Shown here piece by piece: positions 19,654-31,640 of a DNA stretch of 64,000 nt (position 1 is the first letter of the stretch; every line of letters starts with the position of its first letter). The notes under the pieces were generated by a model. That model had not been told where the DNA came from, did not search any database, and saw only the letters and a program-made list of their open reading frames with translations. The DNA comes from Thecamonas trahens ATCC 50062. Lineage: Eukaryota; Protista; Apusomonadida. A program made the translations under genes and the position numbers. The stretch spans positions 124,001-188,000 of the forward strand of contig NW_013657631.1 in NCBI RefSeq assembly GCF_000142905.1, written 5' to 3'.

Positions 19654-22600
19654 ATGCTCGGACAAGCTGCCGAGGGCGATACTGCCCCGCAGGCTGCTGC
19701 TACTACTACCGACACTCCAGCAACCTCTATCCCTCCCCCTCCTACCTCTTCTGCATCTACCACTCCCGCAACACCCTCTCCGTACGTTCCTCTCCCTCTG
19801 TTCCCCCCCCCCCCCTTCCCCTCCCGTGGCCGCTGGCCCTGCCACGAAACCCGCTCACTTTGACCAAAGAACCCATCCCCCTGCCACCCTGCCACCCTTT
19901 ACCACCCCCTTCCCCCCCTCCCTCCCTCCCCCCCTTCCCCCCCTTCCCCCCCCTGTGCCCTACATTCCCGAAACNNNNNNNNNNNNNNNNNNNNNNNNNN
20001 NNNNNNNNNNNNNNNNNNNNNNNNNNNNNNNNNNNNNNNNNNNNNNNNNNNNNNNNNNNNNNNNNNNNNNNNNNNNNNNNNNNNNNNNNNNNNNNNNNNN
20101 NNNNNNNNNNNNNNNNNNNNNNNNNNNNNNNNNNNNNNNNNNNNNNNNNNNNNNNNNNNNNNNNTTTACACACACCCACCACCACCACCACCTCGCCACT
20201 ACCTACCACCCCTAACCTTCCCCCCTCCCCCACCCCCCCTCCCGCCCACTCCCGCTGCCTGCCCCGGACTCTACCGACTTCCAACATGACCTCGTTGGTT
20301 GTTCGATGTTGTTCGAAGTTGTTCGATGGCAACCATTATTATATTTGTGGTCGTTGATGGTGGTGGTGGTGACTGAAGCCGACTTTCCGGCTGAGAAAGG
20401 AAGATTTTTCACTGCCTGGCCACAACACAACCCCCCCCCCCCCACACACACACACAGACACACACGCACTGCCACCTACATGCAATGGTTACTATGAGGG
20501 GGTTGGCTGCTGGTGTGGGAAATTACTTACTGTGGAAGATGGTTTGGGTCTAGTTCCGAGAAGAAGACCGATGCTGTACCGGCAGACAAGGCCACGAACG
20601 ATACCGGTGCCTCGGTGAGCAAGGCGAGCGCTTCGGCTGGTGCTGCTGGTAAGACCAATGCTGATGCTCCAGCACCGGCTGATGCTCCGGCACCGGCTGA
20701 TGCTCCGGCACCGGCTGATACTCCGGCACCGGCTGATACTCCGGCAAAGACTGATTCCCCTGCTCCTACATCCGAGGCTGCAACGCCCGCCGATGCTCCT
20801 GCTGCCGCTCCGGTTGCCTCTGCTGCCGACGCCAAGGACACGCCTGCTGAGGCTGCCAACAGTGCGGCAGGCAAGCCGGCCGATGCTGCCGATGGCGCGG
20901 CAGGCAAGAAGCGCCGCAAGCGCGGCGGCCGCAAGAACAAGAAGAGGACTGAGGCCAATGCCAAGGCCGCGGCCGGCGAGAACAACACCCCGGCTGCCGC
21001 TGACGCCAAGGCCAAGGCGAATGACACGGCCGCTACTGACGCCGGTGACGGCGCAGCTGCGGGCGCCAAGAAGCGGCGCAAGCGTGGCGGTCGCAAGAAC
21101 AAGAAGAAGAGCGATGCCAACGCCAGCGGCAACGCCAACGGTGAGCGCAAGCAGCCGCCGCCGTCGCTGGTCCAGAGCCGCGGCAACGGCAACGTCAAGA
21201 AGGGCAGCAGCGGCGGCGACCGCAAGTCGGACTCGCGGCGCAAGAACTCGCGCAAGAAGAACTGGGTTGCGCGTGTCGACCCGCAGGCCGAGCTCGAGGC
21301 CATGCGCGTTCTTCTTCAGCGGTCAGAGGTGTACTCTGAGCGGCGCCCGCAGATCCAGGTCCTCCACCGCATGCTCGAGTCGATGGACCGCCCGTACTAC
21401 TCCAAGGCCGTCATCTTCTGCAACTCGTCGAGCGAGGCCACCCAGCTGTTCAGCGACATGCAGGGCCTCTTTGCCGACTCGAAGCGAATGATCTTTGCCT
21501 GCACCATCCTCCCGTCCACTCCCGAGGCTGAGCGTCGCGAGTCGTTTAAGATCTTCAACAAGAAGCCGTCCAAGCTTCCCTACCTCTCCATCATTATTTG
21601 CACCGACTGGCTCATCAACTTTATGGCCCACAACCGCTTTGCCATCAAGTTCCACGACGTCGTCATCTCCTACGAGCTTCCGGCAAACATGAATGTCTAC
21701 CGCCGCCGCGCTCTCGCCACCACCAAGTTCACTCTCGACCACTCCAAGCGCCGCCTCACCTACGCCACCCTCATCTCGCGCGACCGCGACACCGACAAGC
21801 TCGCCGCTCTCAAGGAGGTTCTTGAGGCTTCCGGCTCGCGCCTCTCGCCCATGCTCCAGAACTGGCTGGACAACCCCGAGCAGCGCTCCGAGCCGCGTGG
21901 CCGCCGTGACCGTGGCGATGACCGCAACCGCGATCGTGGCGATGACCGCAGCCGTGGCGATGACCGCAACCGTGGCCGCGACGGTGACCGCAACCGTGGC
22001 CGCGACGGTGACCGCAACCGCGGCAGCAGGGACGACGGCGACGGCGATAGCAACGCCCCCCGCTCCGCCCGCAGCCACAGCAACGCGTCGCGCGACCGCG
22101 CTGCGCCTGCTGCCCAGCAGCCGCACCAGAACCAGGAGCGCGAGCACATCCACGCTCCGCCGGCCCACCCGCGCGCTGGCGGCTCCGCCGGCCGGCGCGC
22201 CGCAGGCGGTAACCGCCGCAACGGCAACCCCAACTCGGACTCGTTCCCGCCGCTTTCCGGCCAGGACGCGCTCAAGTCCGAGGGTGCTGCCCGCCGCCGT
22301 GAGTCGCAGTCGCTCTGGGCCGCCGGCTCGTCGGCCATCCGGCACGACCAGCAGCCCGGACGCGGTCCCGCGCCGCACCAGCACCAGCAGCCGCACCCGG
22401 CCCAGCACCAGCAGCCGCACCCGGCCCACGGCGGCTACGGCCGGTCCAACGGCATGCACCCGCAGTACGCTGACGTCGCCGCAGCCACTCCCGAGTCGGC
22501 CGTGCAGGCCCAGACCGCAGAAGTCGCGCCGGCGCACACCCAGACGCCCGGCTACGGCGTCGCAGTCCAGCAAGTTCGCCACCGCCGCCGTCCTGACATG

Positions 22601-23707
22601 GTCCCGCCCGAGGACCAGTTCCAGCGCTACTCTCAGGAGCAGCAGCAAGCTGCGCAGGCCGCGTCGCAGCAGCAGCAGCAGCAGCAGCAGCAGGGGCCCG
22701 ACGGCCCGGTGCCCGATAGCACCAGCGGCATGATGCCACCGCACGGTGCAGGTATGCACGGCGGCTACCCGCAGCAGCACCACCACCACCCGATGCATGG
22801 GGGCCACCCGCAGCACCCCATGCACGGCGGCATGCCTGCCCAGTACCCGCAGGCGGGCATGTATGGCGGCGGCTCCGCTGACTACGGTGGCGGCTACATG
22901 GGCGCTGGCTCCTGGCAGCCGCCTGCGGCTGCCGGTTACGACGGCGGCTACATGCCCGACTACGCCCACGGCGGCTACGGCGCACCTGCAGGCCCGCCGC
23001 ACTCGTACCAGGCCACGTATGATCTGGCGACGTCGGGTCCAACCTCTCTCGGCGCCCCGCCCGACATGTATGGCAGCGGTCATGCCGCGGGCGCGCCCAT
23101 GTACAGCGCTGCCGGCTACGACATGGGCAGCGCCGCTGGCTACGACCCGGCCGCCGGCTACGACTACTCGCGCTACATGCCGCCGCAGGGCCCGCCCTCG
23201 TACCCGCCTGCCGCTTACGGAGGCTACGACCCGGCCCGCGCCGGCCCAGCAGCCCAGCAGCCCATGCAGCCAACGCCGAATGCCTATGCCCTCCCATACT
23301 CGGGCAACAACCCCGATTGGTGCGAGGAGTATCAGCAGGGCCAGCCAGGCCCTGCCACAGGCCAGGGCCCGCCCGCCCAGCAGGCCGCCGAGGCCCAACA
23401 GGGCCAGGGCCAGGGCCAGCAGCCCGCCCACGCCCAGCAGAACTACGCCGCGCAGCCGATCTATGCGCCCTACCAGCAGATGCAGGCGGCCCTCGCCCAG
23501 TCGGCCGTCGCCCAGTCGGCCACCCCCGACGTTCGCGGCCTCTGGGGTGGCACCGCCGCCCAGCAAGACTCGCCCGCATCAGGCAACGCCTGGACCGGCG
23601 ACCGCCCCGGCTCGGCGGCCTCCGGCCAGCCGCGCCGCGAGACCCCGCCCCCCCAGCATGGCTACACTGGCGAGCAGCGCCCGCTCGGCGGCAGCCGTCG
23701 TCGCTAG
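19654..23707 (+). CDS. Large low-complexity protein with a degenerate DEAD-box helicase C-terminal (RecA2) domain and a Gln/Pro/Gly/Tyr prion-like tail
   Basis: Exon 1 19654..19781 (GTACGT donor, phase 2) joins the TAG acceptor at 20553 in frame with ORF 20513..23707. Folded core KAVIFCNS, IIICTD and VVISYELP..YRRR. Confidence 0.75.
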
Positions 23708-24018
23708 ACCATCCAAGCCACACCACCCCCCTCTTCCCCGAGCCTCTGCTCCCCTCGTTCGGTAGAGGGAAGAATAAAAGAAAGAGGCCCGCCATGAGCC
23801 GTCACGATGCCAGACGCCAGCTTCCCGACCGGCATCTAATCGGGATCGGTCGCTCCGCTGCGAGTGGACCGTCTCGGGGCGGTGTCCTGAAAACGAGCGC
23901 TCGATTCGTGGGCTCGCGCTCGATCGCGCCACCGGTGACCAGCGAGCCGGCGGCAGCCACCTGCGGGCGGGCAAGACACACTCGGCTCGTGGTCAGCTTT
24001 GTGCAGAGAACCCAGACC

Positions 24019-27000
24019 ATGGACCATGCTGAGGTGTACATCCAGCACACAGAGCTTACAACTCCACTGCTGAGCATTCTCCGTGCGGTGCAGCGGTCGC
24101 GGGCGGTGCATGCCAAGAACGTCCTGGCGGCACTGGAGTTGACGGCTAAATTTGAACATTTGGCGGTGGACGGCGGGGCGGCCGAGGGCCAAGCCGAAGC
24201 GAGTGTGCTGTACGAAGTGCTTGTAGACGTGCTCGGCTCGGTCGTAGCCGTGAAGACCAAGGAGCCTGCCGTGGAGCGGCTGGTTCAGTGGCTCTCGCTC
24301 TTCCTCGCCGAGCTCGGCAACGATGGCCTCGTCCTCGCCATTTTGGCGCGCTTTCTCCCGCTCTCCACAGCCGCCGCCTCGCACGTCCGCCAGCGGGTCA
24401 CCCACATCGTGGGCACCCTCATCAACACCCTCACCGAGGAGGCTGAGATCGACGAGGATTTCTGGGCCGAGATCACACAGGCCATGGCCGACAGGCTCAT
24501 CGACCGCATCCCGGCCGTCCGCGCTGCCGCCGTCGTCGCCCTCGAGCGCATGCAGATCCTGCCCGAGGACGAGGGCGATGAGTTTGACGCCGATGAGGAG
24601 GCCATAGTCCCCTCGCTCGACACTCCGCTCAAGCGCCGCAAGCACGCCTCAGAGTTTATGGACGCCTCAGGCTTTGACGATCCCATCCTCTCCCGCTTTG
24701 TCGCCCTCCTCCAGGCCGACTCGTCCAAGCACGTCCGCGCCGCCGTCCTCCACAAGCTCGCACTTGCGCCGTCGACGCTCCCGCTTGTCATCGAGCGGAC
24801 TCGCGATGTTGACGCCAAGGTCCGCAAGGCTGCCTACGCCGTTCTCGCTGCCAAGGTCGACATGCGTGGGCTCAACATTGCCCAGCGGGTGACGCTCCTC
24901 GACTCGGGCCTTCGCGACCGCGACGACGCCGTCCGCAACGCCGCGCTCTCCATGATGTACACTGGGTGGCTCAAGGAGTGCTTCGAGGGTGATGTGACAG
25001 GCTTTCTCGACGCCCTCGACGTCATCGAGTACGAGGAGAAGCTGGTGCCGGCTCTTGCGGCGCTCTTTGCCCGTGACGCCACCAACGGTAACCCGGCCGA
25101 CGTGGTCTTCAAGCCGCCGTTTGAGATGGAGCAGCTGGCCAAGTTTGGCGACGCTCTTGCCCTTACTCCCGAGACCGCCCTCTACTGGCGTGTTCTTGCC
25201 AGCTGGGCGCTCAACACTCCACGCAAGGCTGCCGGCGCGCTGGCGGCGAGCCACGAGATGCTGCTGCCCTCCATCTCTGACTTTACCTCGCTCATTTGCG
25301 GGTACTACAATCAAGCGCTCGCCCTCTCGCAGCAGCTCGGCGCACTCGGAGGTGACTCGTCCGGCTCGGATTCGGACGCCGAGGCCGATGACGACGTCCG
25401 CGAGGCGCTGGAAGAGAACTACGAGGCCATGGTCTTTGTGACCAAGCAGCTGCTCATTCTCGGCAAGGAGCTTGACTTTTCCGACGAGGCCGGCCGCCGC
25501 ATGCTCTCCTCCTTCCTCCGCCAGCTCTTTGTCGCTACAATCGACCACGACGAGTCACTCTTCGCCGCCTCGCTCCTCGGCCCGGCCGCTCAGCTCCTGT
25601 TCACGGTCCACAGTGACGAGATCGGCCAGCTGACCGTCGTCACCGGCATTGTCGGCGACCTTATGGAGGCGGTGGAGGAGACCGGCGATCAAGACGCGGT
25701 GCTCGAGACCGAGTTTGAGCTCACACCCGAGCTCAAGGAGAAGGAGCGCAAGCTCAAGCTCACCGTCGCCTCCATCCACGTCAAGTTGCAGGAGGCGGCA
25801 GACGCCAAGCGCGCCGCAGTCAGCTGCGAGGACTTTGACGGCGCCGCCGCCGCCAAGGCCACCATCGACGAGCTGCTTCTTGCCGAGGCCGCCGCCCAGG
25901 TTGAGTTTGAGACTGAGGTCGACAGCGCCAAGGCCAAGTTTGTGCGCTCCAACCGCAAGTCCGCCGACGAGCTCGCCCTCGACACCGAGTCGGCCTACTG
26001 CCGCGCCCTCGCCGTCGTCAACGAGCTCTACCGCGCTACCGAAGCCACCATGGAGTCGCCGCTACTGCGGTCGCTGCAGGACACACTGGTCCTTCCGTCG
26101 GTGACCTCCCCGGTCCCGGCCGTCCGCGCCGCTGCGCTCCGTGCCGCCGCTACCTCGCTCGTCCTCTACCACGATGCCCCAGGCTCGCTGGTCTTCCTCT
26201 TTGCCCAAGTCCTCCGCAACGACATGCCTGCGCTGCAGCGCGTTGCCCTCGAGGCGCTCTGTGACGGCATGCTCAAGTTTGGCGCGCAGCTCGAGTTTAT
26301 GGACGATGTTGAGTCGGATGATGAGGCCGACGAGGCTGCGGCCGATGCGAGCGCCGGCGCTGTGGCAGTGATTGACCTCGTCCGCCCCTACCTCGATGAG
26401 GAGAGCGTCAAGCTGCGCGGCGCCGCTGTCCGCGGCTTTGCGCGGCTGCTTCTCTTTGCCCGGATCCCGGCCGACGCCGCCGCAAGCGTTGGCGCCCAAA
26501 TGGTCGAGCTGTTCTTCTCGCCGGTCACAGAGACTGACTTTGAAGTCCGGCAGTGCCTCTCGGTCTTCTTCCCGCACTTTGCTGGCTCTGCGGCCGGCAA
26601 GGCCGTTCTCCGTGCCGCCGTTGACGGCGCCATGGCTCGGCTCTTCTCTGCCACCCGCTCGGACCCGGCCAAGTCGATCTCGCTCTACACCGTCCTCCAG
26701 TTTGGTCTCTCGCTGCTGGGCGCTGGCCTTGAGGCCAACTCAGTCCGCGACTTGCACTCGGTTCTTGCCGACGCATGGCTCAACACCGTTCTCGAGTGGC
26801 TCTCCTCCAAGGAGTTTGCTGTCACCAACGTCCGCCGGGCCAAGGCCTGCATCAAGGACCTCGCCCGCGCCATCAACCTGCTCGATGCCCACCCTTCCGC
26901 CGAGCTGGCCACCCTCGCCGCCACGGTTGTCGAGGAGCTGGCCGACTCGGATTGCAACGTTGCGGCGCGGACAGCAGCCAAGGTAGTTGCGCGACTGACG

Positions 27001-27243
27001 CCCGAGGTCGAGCCTGAGGCCGAGGCCGAGGCCGAGGCCGAAGCCGAAGCCGAGACTGAGGTTCACGATGCTGAGTCCAAGGCCTCGGACCACGGCGACG
27101 AGGATGCCCAGGATGAGGGCAAGGACGACGTCGACGCTGTTGATGCCAAGCGAGCCGAGGTGTCACCTGCCAAGAGCTCGAAGCGGGCCCAGGGCGGAAG
27201 GCGGAGCAAGGGCGACACCGTCCTCGCCGAGATCAACGCCTAG
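24019..27243 (+). CDS. NCAPG: Condensin complex subunit CAP-G (Ycg1/Cnd3)
   Basis: HEAT repeats with CAP-G motifs KEPAVERLV, AEIDEDFW, DRIPAVRAAAV, DSSKHVRAAVL, IERTRDVDAKVR, LDFSDEAGRR and VRQCLSVFFPHFA. Confidence 0.92.
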   Translation: MDHAEVYIQHTELTTPLLSILRAVQRSRAVHAKNVLAALELTAKFEHLAVDGGAAEGQAEASVLYEVLVDVLGSVVAVKTKEPAVERLVQWLSLFLAELGNDGLVLAILARFLPLSTAAASHVRQRVTHIVGTLINTLTEEAEIDEDFWAEITQAMADRLIDRIPAVRAAAVVALERMQILPEDEGDEFDADEEAIVPSLDTPLKRRKHASEFMDASGFDDPILSRFVALLQADSSKHVRAAVLHKLALAPSTLPLVIERTRDVDAKVRKAAYAVLAAKVDMRGLNIAQRVTLLDSGLRDRDDAVRNAALSMMYTGWLKECFEGDVTGFLDALDVIEYEEKLVPALAALFARDATNGNPADVVFKPPFEMEQLAKFGDALALTPETALYWRVLASWALNTPRKAAGALAASHEMLLPSISDFTSLICGYYNQALALSQQLGALGGDSSGSDSDAEADDDVREALEENYEAMVFVTKQLLILGKELDFSDEAGRRMLSSFLRQLFVATIDHDESLFAASLLGPAAQLLFTVHSDEIGQLTVVTGIVGDLMEAVEETGDQDAVLETEFELTPELKEKERKLKLTVASIHVKLQEAADAKRAAVSCEDFDGAAAAKATIDELLLAEAAAQVEFETEVDSAKAKFVRSNRKSADELALDTESAYCRALAVVNELYRATEATMESPLLRSLQDTLVLPSVTSPVPAVRAAALRAAATSLVLYHDAPGSLVFLFAQVLRNDMPALQRVALEALCDGMLKFGAQLEFMDDVESDDEADEAAADASAGAVAVIDLVRPYLDEESVKLRGAAVRGFARLLLFARIPADAAASVGAQMVELFFSPVTETDFEVRQCLSVFFPHFAGSAAGKAVLRAAVDGAMARLFSATRSDPAKSISLYTVLQFGLSLLGAGLEANSVRDLHSVLADAWLNTVLEWLSSKEFAVTNVRRAKACIKDLARAINLLDAHPSAELATLAATVVEELADSDCNVAARTAAKVVARLTPEVEPEAEAEAEAEAEAETEVHDAESKASDHGDEDAQDEGKDDVDAVDAKRAEVSPAKSSKRAQGGRRSKGDTVLAEINA

Positions 27244-27431
27244 CAAGAGTTTGAGACTCTGCCATGCTATGCTGCTCTCTGGTCTGCCGCCTCAGCAGCC
27301 GCCATCACTAACACTGTAATCTGGTTCACCTGGTGACTCCCAGCCAATAGCATTGCCGTCAGCCAGCCAGCCAAGGACTACGCCTACCACGGCCTTGGAC
27401 GACACCTCACTCTCGAGCCTCGCCACTCGCC

Positions 27432-29508
27432 ATGCCTGTGGAAGAGGTCGAGTCGACACCGCTTCTGTTTTCCCAGATCCAGCGGACACATGACAGCATC
27501 AAGAGCAGTCACCATGATCCTGTGGCATCAGGTGGCTTGGTATGTCATCATGGCGGCGGTGGGCGGGAAGTACGGCGGGTGACCGTCACGTGACACCGAG
27601 CCGAAGACTAGGAGGGCGGGGGGGGGGGGGGGGGGGGGGGGATTGTGAGGGGCTGCCATGTGGGATGTGTTGTGATAAAGAAGAGGAAAATTAGATAGAG
27701 GTGTGACTCATGGAGGTCAGTATGTGTGTGGTGGATATGGGTGGTGTGGGTGGACGTTTGTGTGAGATAGAGCAAGTCACAGATGGCGCTGTACTGCCTG
27801 CCATCGTTTGCCTTTGCGGCTGGCACCAACTTTATGAACCTCTATCAATTCCGATACTACTCGGATACGTACAATGTGCCTCTGCGGAACCTCAATGTTG
27901 CCTTTGTTGTCCTTCAGCTGTTTCTCTTTGTGGGCGATCCACTGCTGGGTTGGTACACTGACACGGCACAGACAAGATTCGGTCGCCGTCGTCCCTTTAT
28001 CGCCATCTTTGGCCCGCTCCTCATGCTCATCGTCTTTCTCGGCATGTACCCCATCGTAGACTCGTCCCAGCTCATCCTTACCATCTGGTTCGGTGCTTCG
28101 TACATGCTCAACAACCTGGTGACTCTGCTGTATCTCTCGCCGTACCAGGCGCTGGGCATCGAGCTGACGCTTGACTCGCGCGAGCGGAACAAGCTCTTTG
28201 GCGTGACGCAGACTCTGTACCAGCTCGGGGTAGTGGTCTCGACCGCGCTGCCGGAGGCGCTCGTCTACTGGGCCTCGTCGCGGCGCGAGGTGTACATGTG
28301 GTTCGGCGCCGGCGCCGGCGTGGTCGGCGTGGCCACCATGCTCACGCTGGTGTTCTCGGTCAAAGAGCGGTCGGACTTTCGGTGGAGACGCCGACGCCGC
28401 TGATTCCCGGGATGATCCGAACGCTGCAGAACCCGGCGTTTGGCACGCTCCTCATCACCATCACCTTTCTCAACTGCCAGCCGTACTACCTGGTCATTCT
28501 TCCATACTGGGTCAAGTACTCGCTCGAGCTGGACTCGTTCTGGCAGGCTGCGATCATGACGACGTATATGACAGGCGCCTTTGTGTTTATTCCATTCTGG
28601 ACATGGCTGGCGGCGCGGGTTGGCAAGAAGCGCACGTATTTGCTGTCGATGGGCGTGGCGGTGGTGGCGTTCTCGACGATTGTGCTGGTGCGGTCAGGCG
28701 ACAAGGTGGCCGCGGTGTTAGTCTCGTTTTGCGCCGGAGCGTCGGGCCTCTCGCTCAACGCGTACAACTTTCTCTTCCAGTCGCTGCTTGCGGACATCAT
28801 CGAGTACGACGAGCTGCGGACCGGCGTCCGCCGCGAGGCGCAGTACGCCAACATGGTCCAGGTCTTCAACGCGTTGACCTCGGTCATGTCGGTCTCGCTC
28901 CCGCTGTTTATCATGGACTCGGTCGGCTTCCACGCCAACGAAGACCAGCCGGCCAAGGTCCGGCACACCATCTCAGCGCTGCTTGGTCCGGGCTGCGCCG
29001 TATACGTGGCCCTGGCCGCGCTCTCATTCGTCTTTTACCCCATCACCACACTCGTTCATGAGCGCATCCGCGACGGGCTCGACCTCCACGCCACCGGACA
29101 GCCTGCACTCGACCCAGTGACTGGTGAGATGGTTCTTGCGCCCGGCTCGACAACCTCGGTGGTCGACAGTGACGTCGCATGGTTCCTCGACAACTTTTCC
29201 GCTTTGAGCTCCGCTGGGCCCTCCTCCGCAACTCGAAGCAGGTGCCCAAGCGCGGACTGTTCCGCCTCGTCATGGCCTGGATTGCACTCACCACCGCCAC
29301 TACTGTTGGCTCGATCGTCTGGATCCTGCAGAACGTCGACCGCTACATGGAGGTCGGCTCGTTTATCGCCATGGTCTCACTCGCCTGGCTCATCTTTAAC
29401 CTCTGCCGCATTGCTCCGGCGCTCAAATTTGCGCGCGCGCCCATGCCGTGGGCCATCATCCACCACCACGTCGTCAATGGCAACAACTTGGTGGCCAAGA
29501 GCATGTAG
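27432..29508 (+). CDS. MFS transporter of the GPH/MelB/MFSD2 family, with apparent frameshifts near 28379 and 29199
   Basis: Exon 1 27432..27539 (GTATGT donor) carries an ESTPLL dileucine motif. Motifs DPLLGWYTD..TRFGRRRPF, PYQALGIELT...ER and LADIIEYDELRTGVRREAQY. Confidence 0.88.
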
Positions 29509-29542
29509 CCTGTGACAGCAATTGAAGGCTCTTGCTCGCGGC

Positions 29543-30403
29543 TTACCTGCGGCTCCTGGCCTTGGACTTGGATTTGGCCTTGGACTTTGCCTTGTCTTTG
29601 GTGTGGCCGCGCCATGGCTGATCGGAGAGGCCTGAAATCGGCTCGGAGCTTTCCGAGTTGTCCGAGAACTTGGGAGCTTTGCGGCCCTTAAAGTCGCCGA
29701 GGTAGTCTGCGTTGATGGCCGGCATGGGCGACTCCGAGCCGTCATCGGACGAGCTCGCCTTGCCCTTGCCCTTGTCCTTTCCCTTGCCCTTGCCCTTGCC
29801 TTTTCCCTTGCCCTTGCCCTTGCCCTTGCCCTTTCCCTTGCCCTTTCCCTTGCCCTTGCCCTTGCCCTTTCCCTTGCCCTTTCCCTTGCCCTTGCCCTTG
29901 CCCTTGCCCTTGCCCTTGCCCTTGCCCTTGCCCTTGCCCTTGCTCTTACCCTTGACCTTGCCCTTGGATTGGGGCCGCCGCGGACCAGCCGAGCCATCAC
30001 TACCGCTCTCGGACTCGTTGTCGAGTGAAGAGAAGAGCGTGCCAACCCTGGCGTTGAGCGCATCCAGCTGGGCTTGGACCTGAGTGGCGTTATCGTCCAG
30101 AGCCGACTCGAGGGCTTCGACCTGCAGGGCCAGCTCCCACAACTCCTTGCGGATCTCGTTGGACAGATGCTTCGGCGGGCGCGGAAACAGATGGCTTCCC
30201 GACGAGTACGCCAGCGACGAGACGGACGAAGACGATCCAGCCGATGATGATGATGATGCGGCTGACGATGATGATGCGGCTGAAGATGATGCGGCCGACG
30301 ACGACTTGCGGCGGCTGGCCTTGGACTTGGCCTTGGACTTGGCCTTGGGCTTGGCCTTGGGCTTGGCCTTGGCCTTGGCCTTGGAAGACTTGTTCTTGCC
30401 CAT
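29543..30403 (-). CDS. Basic low-complexity (KA/KP, poly-S, poly-GK) protein with a short coiled coil
   Basis: ATG 30403 ([12 protein letters not shown]). Unique helical core [25 protein letters not shown] and about 30 GK dipeptides. Confidence 0.6.
   Translation of the reverse strand: MGKNKSSKAKAKAKPKAKPKAKSKAKSKASRRKSSSAASSSAASSSSAASSSSSAGSSSSVSSLAYSSGSHLFPRPPKHLSNEIRKELWELALQVEALESALDDNATQVQAQLDALNARVGTLFSSLDNESESGSDGSAGPRRPQSKGKVKGKSKGKGKGKGKGKGKGKGKGKGKGKGKGKGKGKGKGKGKGKGKGKGKGKGKGKGKGKDKGKGKASSSDDGSESPMPAINADYLGDFKGRKAPKFSDNSESSEPISGLSDQPWRGHTKDKAKSKAKSKSKARSRR
29757..29966. repeat. (CCCTTG)n hexamer microsatellite encoding poly-GK on the minus strand
   Basis: Directly visible. Confidence 0.95.
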
Positions 30404-30649
30404 GGTTATAGGTGGTATGGGTAGTTGGGTGGTATGTGCGGAGGTGTGGGGTGGGCTGGGGGGGCGGAGTGGGTGGTTGTGAGAGGGGTGGCTGAGTTGG
30501 GTGTCGGTGCCGGTGTCTGTACGGTCTGGCAGCAGCCACCGGTGACCAGCCACTTGATAGCCGCAGCGGGACAAGTGGGGCAAAAGGGGGGGGGGGGGGG
30601 GGGGAGGGGGTTGACTGTGATGGTGGGAGTTGTGTATATCATGAGCACC

Positions 30650-31013
30650 GTCACCATTACTATCATATCATACCCATCATCATGCTCATTGTCATCAGTA
30701 TCATCACATCACCATCACCATCACCATCACCACCACCATGCCCACCACCATCACCATCACCATCACCACCACCATGCCCACCACCATCACCATCACCATC
30801 ACCACCACCATGCCCACCACCATCACCATCACCATGCCCATCACCATCACCACCCCCACCCCCACCCCCACCATCACCATGCCCACCACCACCACCATGC
30901 CCATCACCATGCCCATCACCACCATCACCATGCCCATCACCATGCCCATCACCATCACCACCCCCACCCCCACCCCCACCATCACCATGCCCATCACCAT
31001 GCCCATCACCATC
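30650..31013. repeat. Compound CAC/CAT/GCC microsatellite, intergenic
   Basis: Directly visible, with higher-order units of about 36 bp. Confidence 0.9.
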
Positions 31014-31640
31014 CCCCCTCCCCCTCATCCGCCAATCACGGCTGACAGCCCTCGCTGAGTCACACCCCACTCAGACACCTGCCCCCTTGCCACCCTCCCT
31101 GAAAACACTTTGAAGGGAGTGATGGAGGCTTCGATCCGCCCCTCCCTCTGTCGTAGTTCAGGGCAGTTGGGCCTGAGTGTGCAGATCGCACTGTACCCAC
31201 AGCTCATTTCAAGTCCCCCCGTAATAACCCCTACAACCTGCAAGCCGCTTGAAACCTAAGCGGACTTAACAATTGATCCTTCTTGAGACAATCCATTGAG
31301 AGCCTCTGGCCGAATGCACACGCTAGACACGAGACCACGGTCCCGCGGCAGAAGAGAGATGGCGAGATCCCTCCTCGCGCGGGTGCATTTCCTCACCCCC
31401 GTCGCTACAACCCACACCCAACGCGCTGCCGCCTCCGCGATCGCCTCACGCCGCGGACGACAACTGACAATAAAGGACNNNNNNNNNNNNNNNNNNNNNN
31501 NNNNNNNNNNNNNNNNNNNNNNNNNNNNNNNNNNNNNNNNNNNNNNNNNNNNNNNNNNNNNNNNNNNNNNNNNNNNNNGCCCTCCGTGCTCGACGTCACA
31601 CCCACCTCCCCCCCCCCCCCACCCCCACCCCCACCAACCC

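Noticed and set aside
21323-23795. Long antisense ORFs (747 aa and 507 aa) and similar shadow ORFs elsewhere
   Set aside because: Expected shadows of GC3-rich coding sequence, with no motifs.
23317-24018. N-terminal extension of the 1308-aa CAP-G ORF
   Set aside because: It overlaps the upstream gene in another frame. CAP-G similarity begins near ATG 24019.
30425-31113. His-rich and Pro/Cys-rich ORFs
   Set aside because: Compound microsatellite between divergent genes, open in many frames, with no unique coding content.
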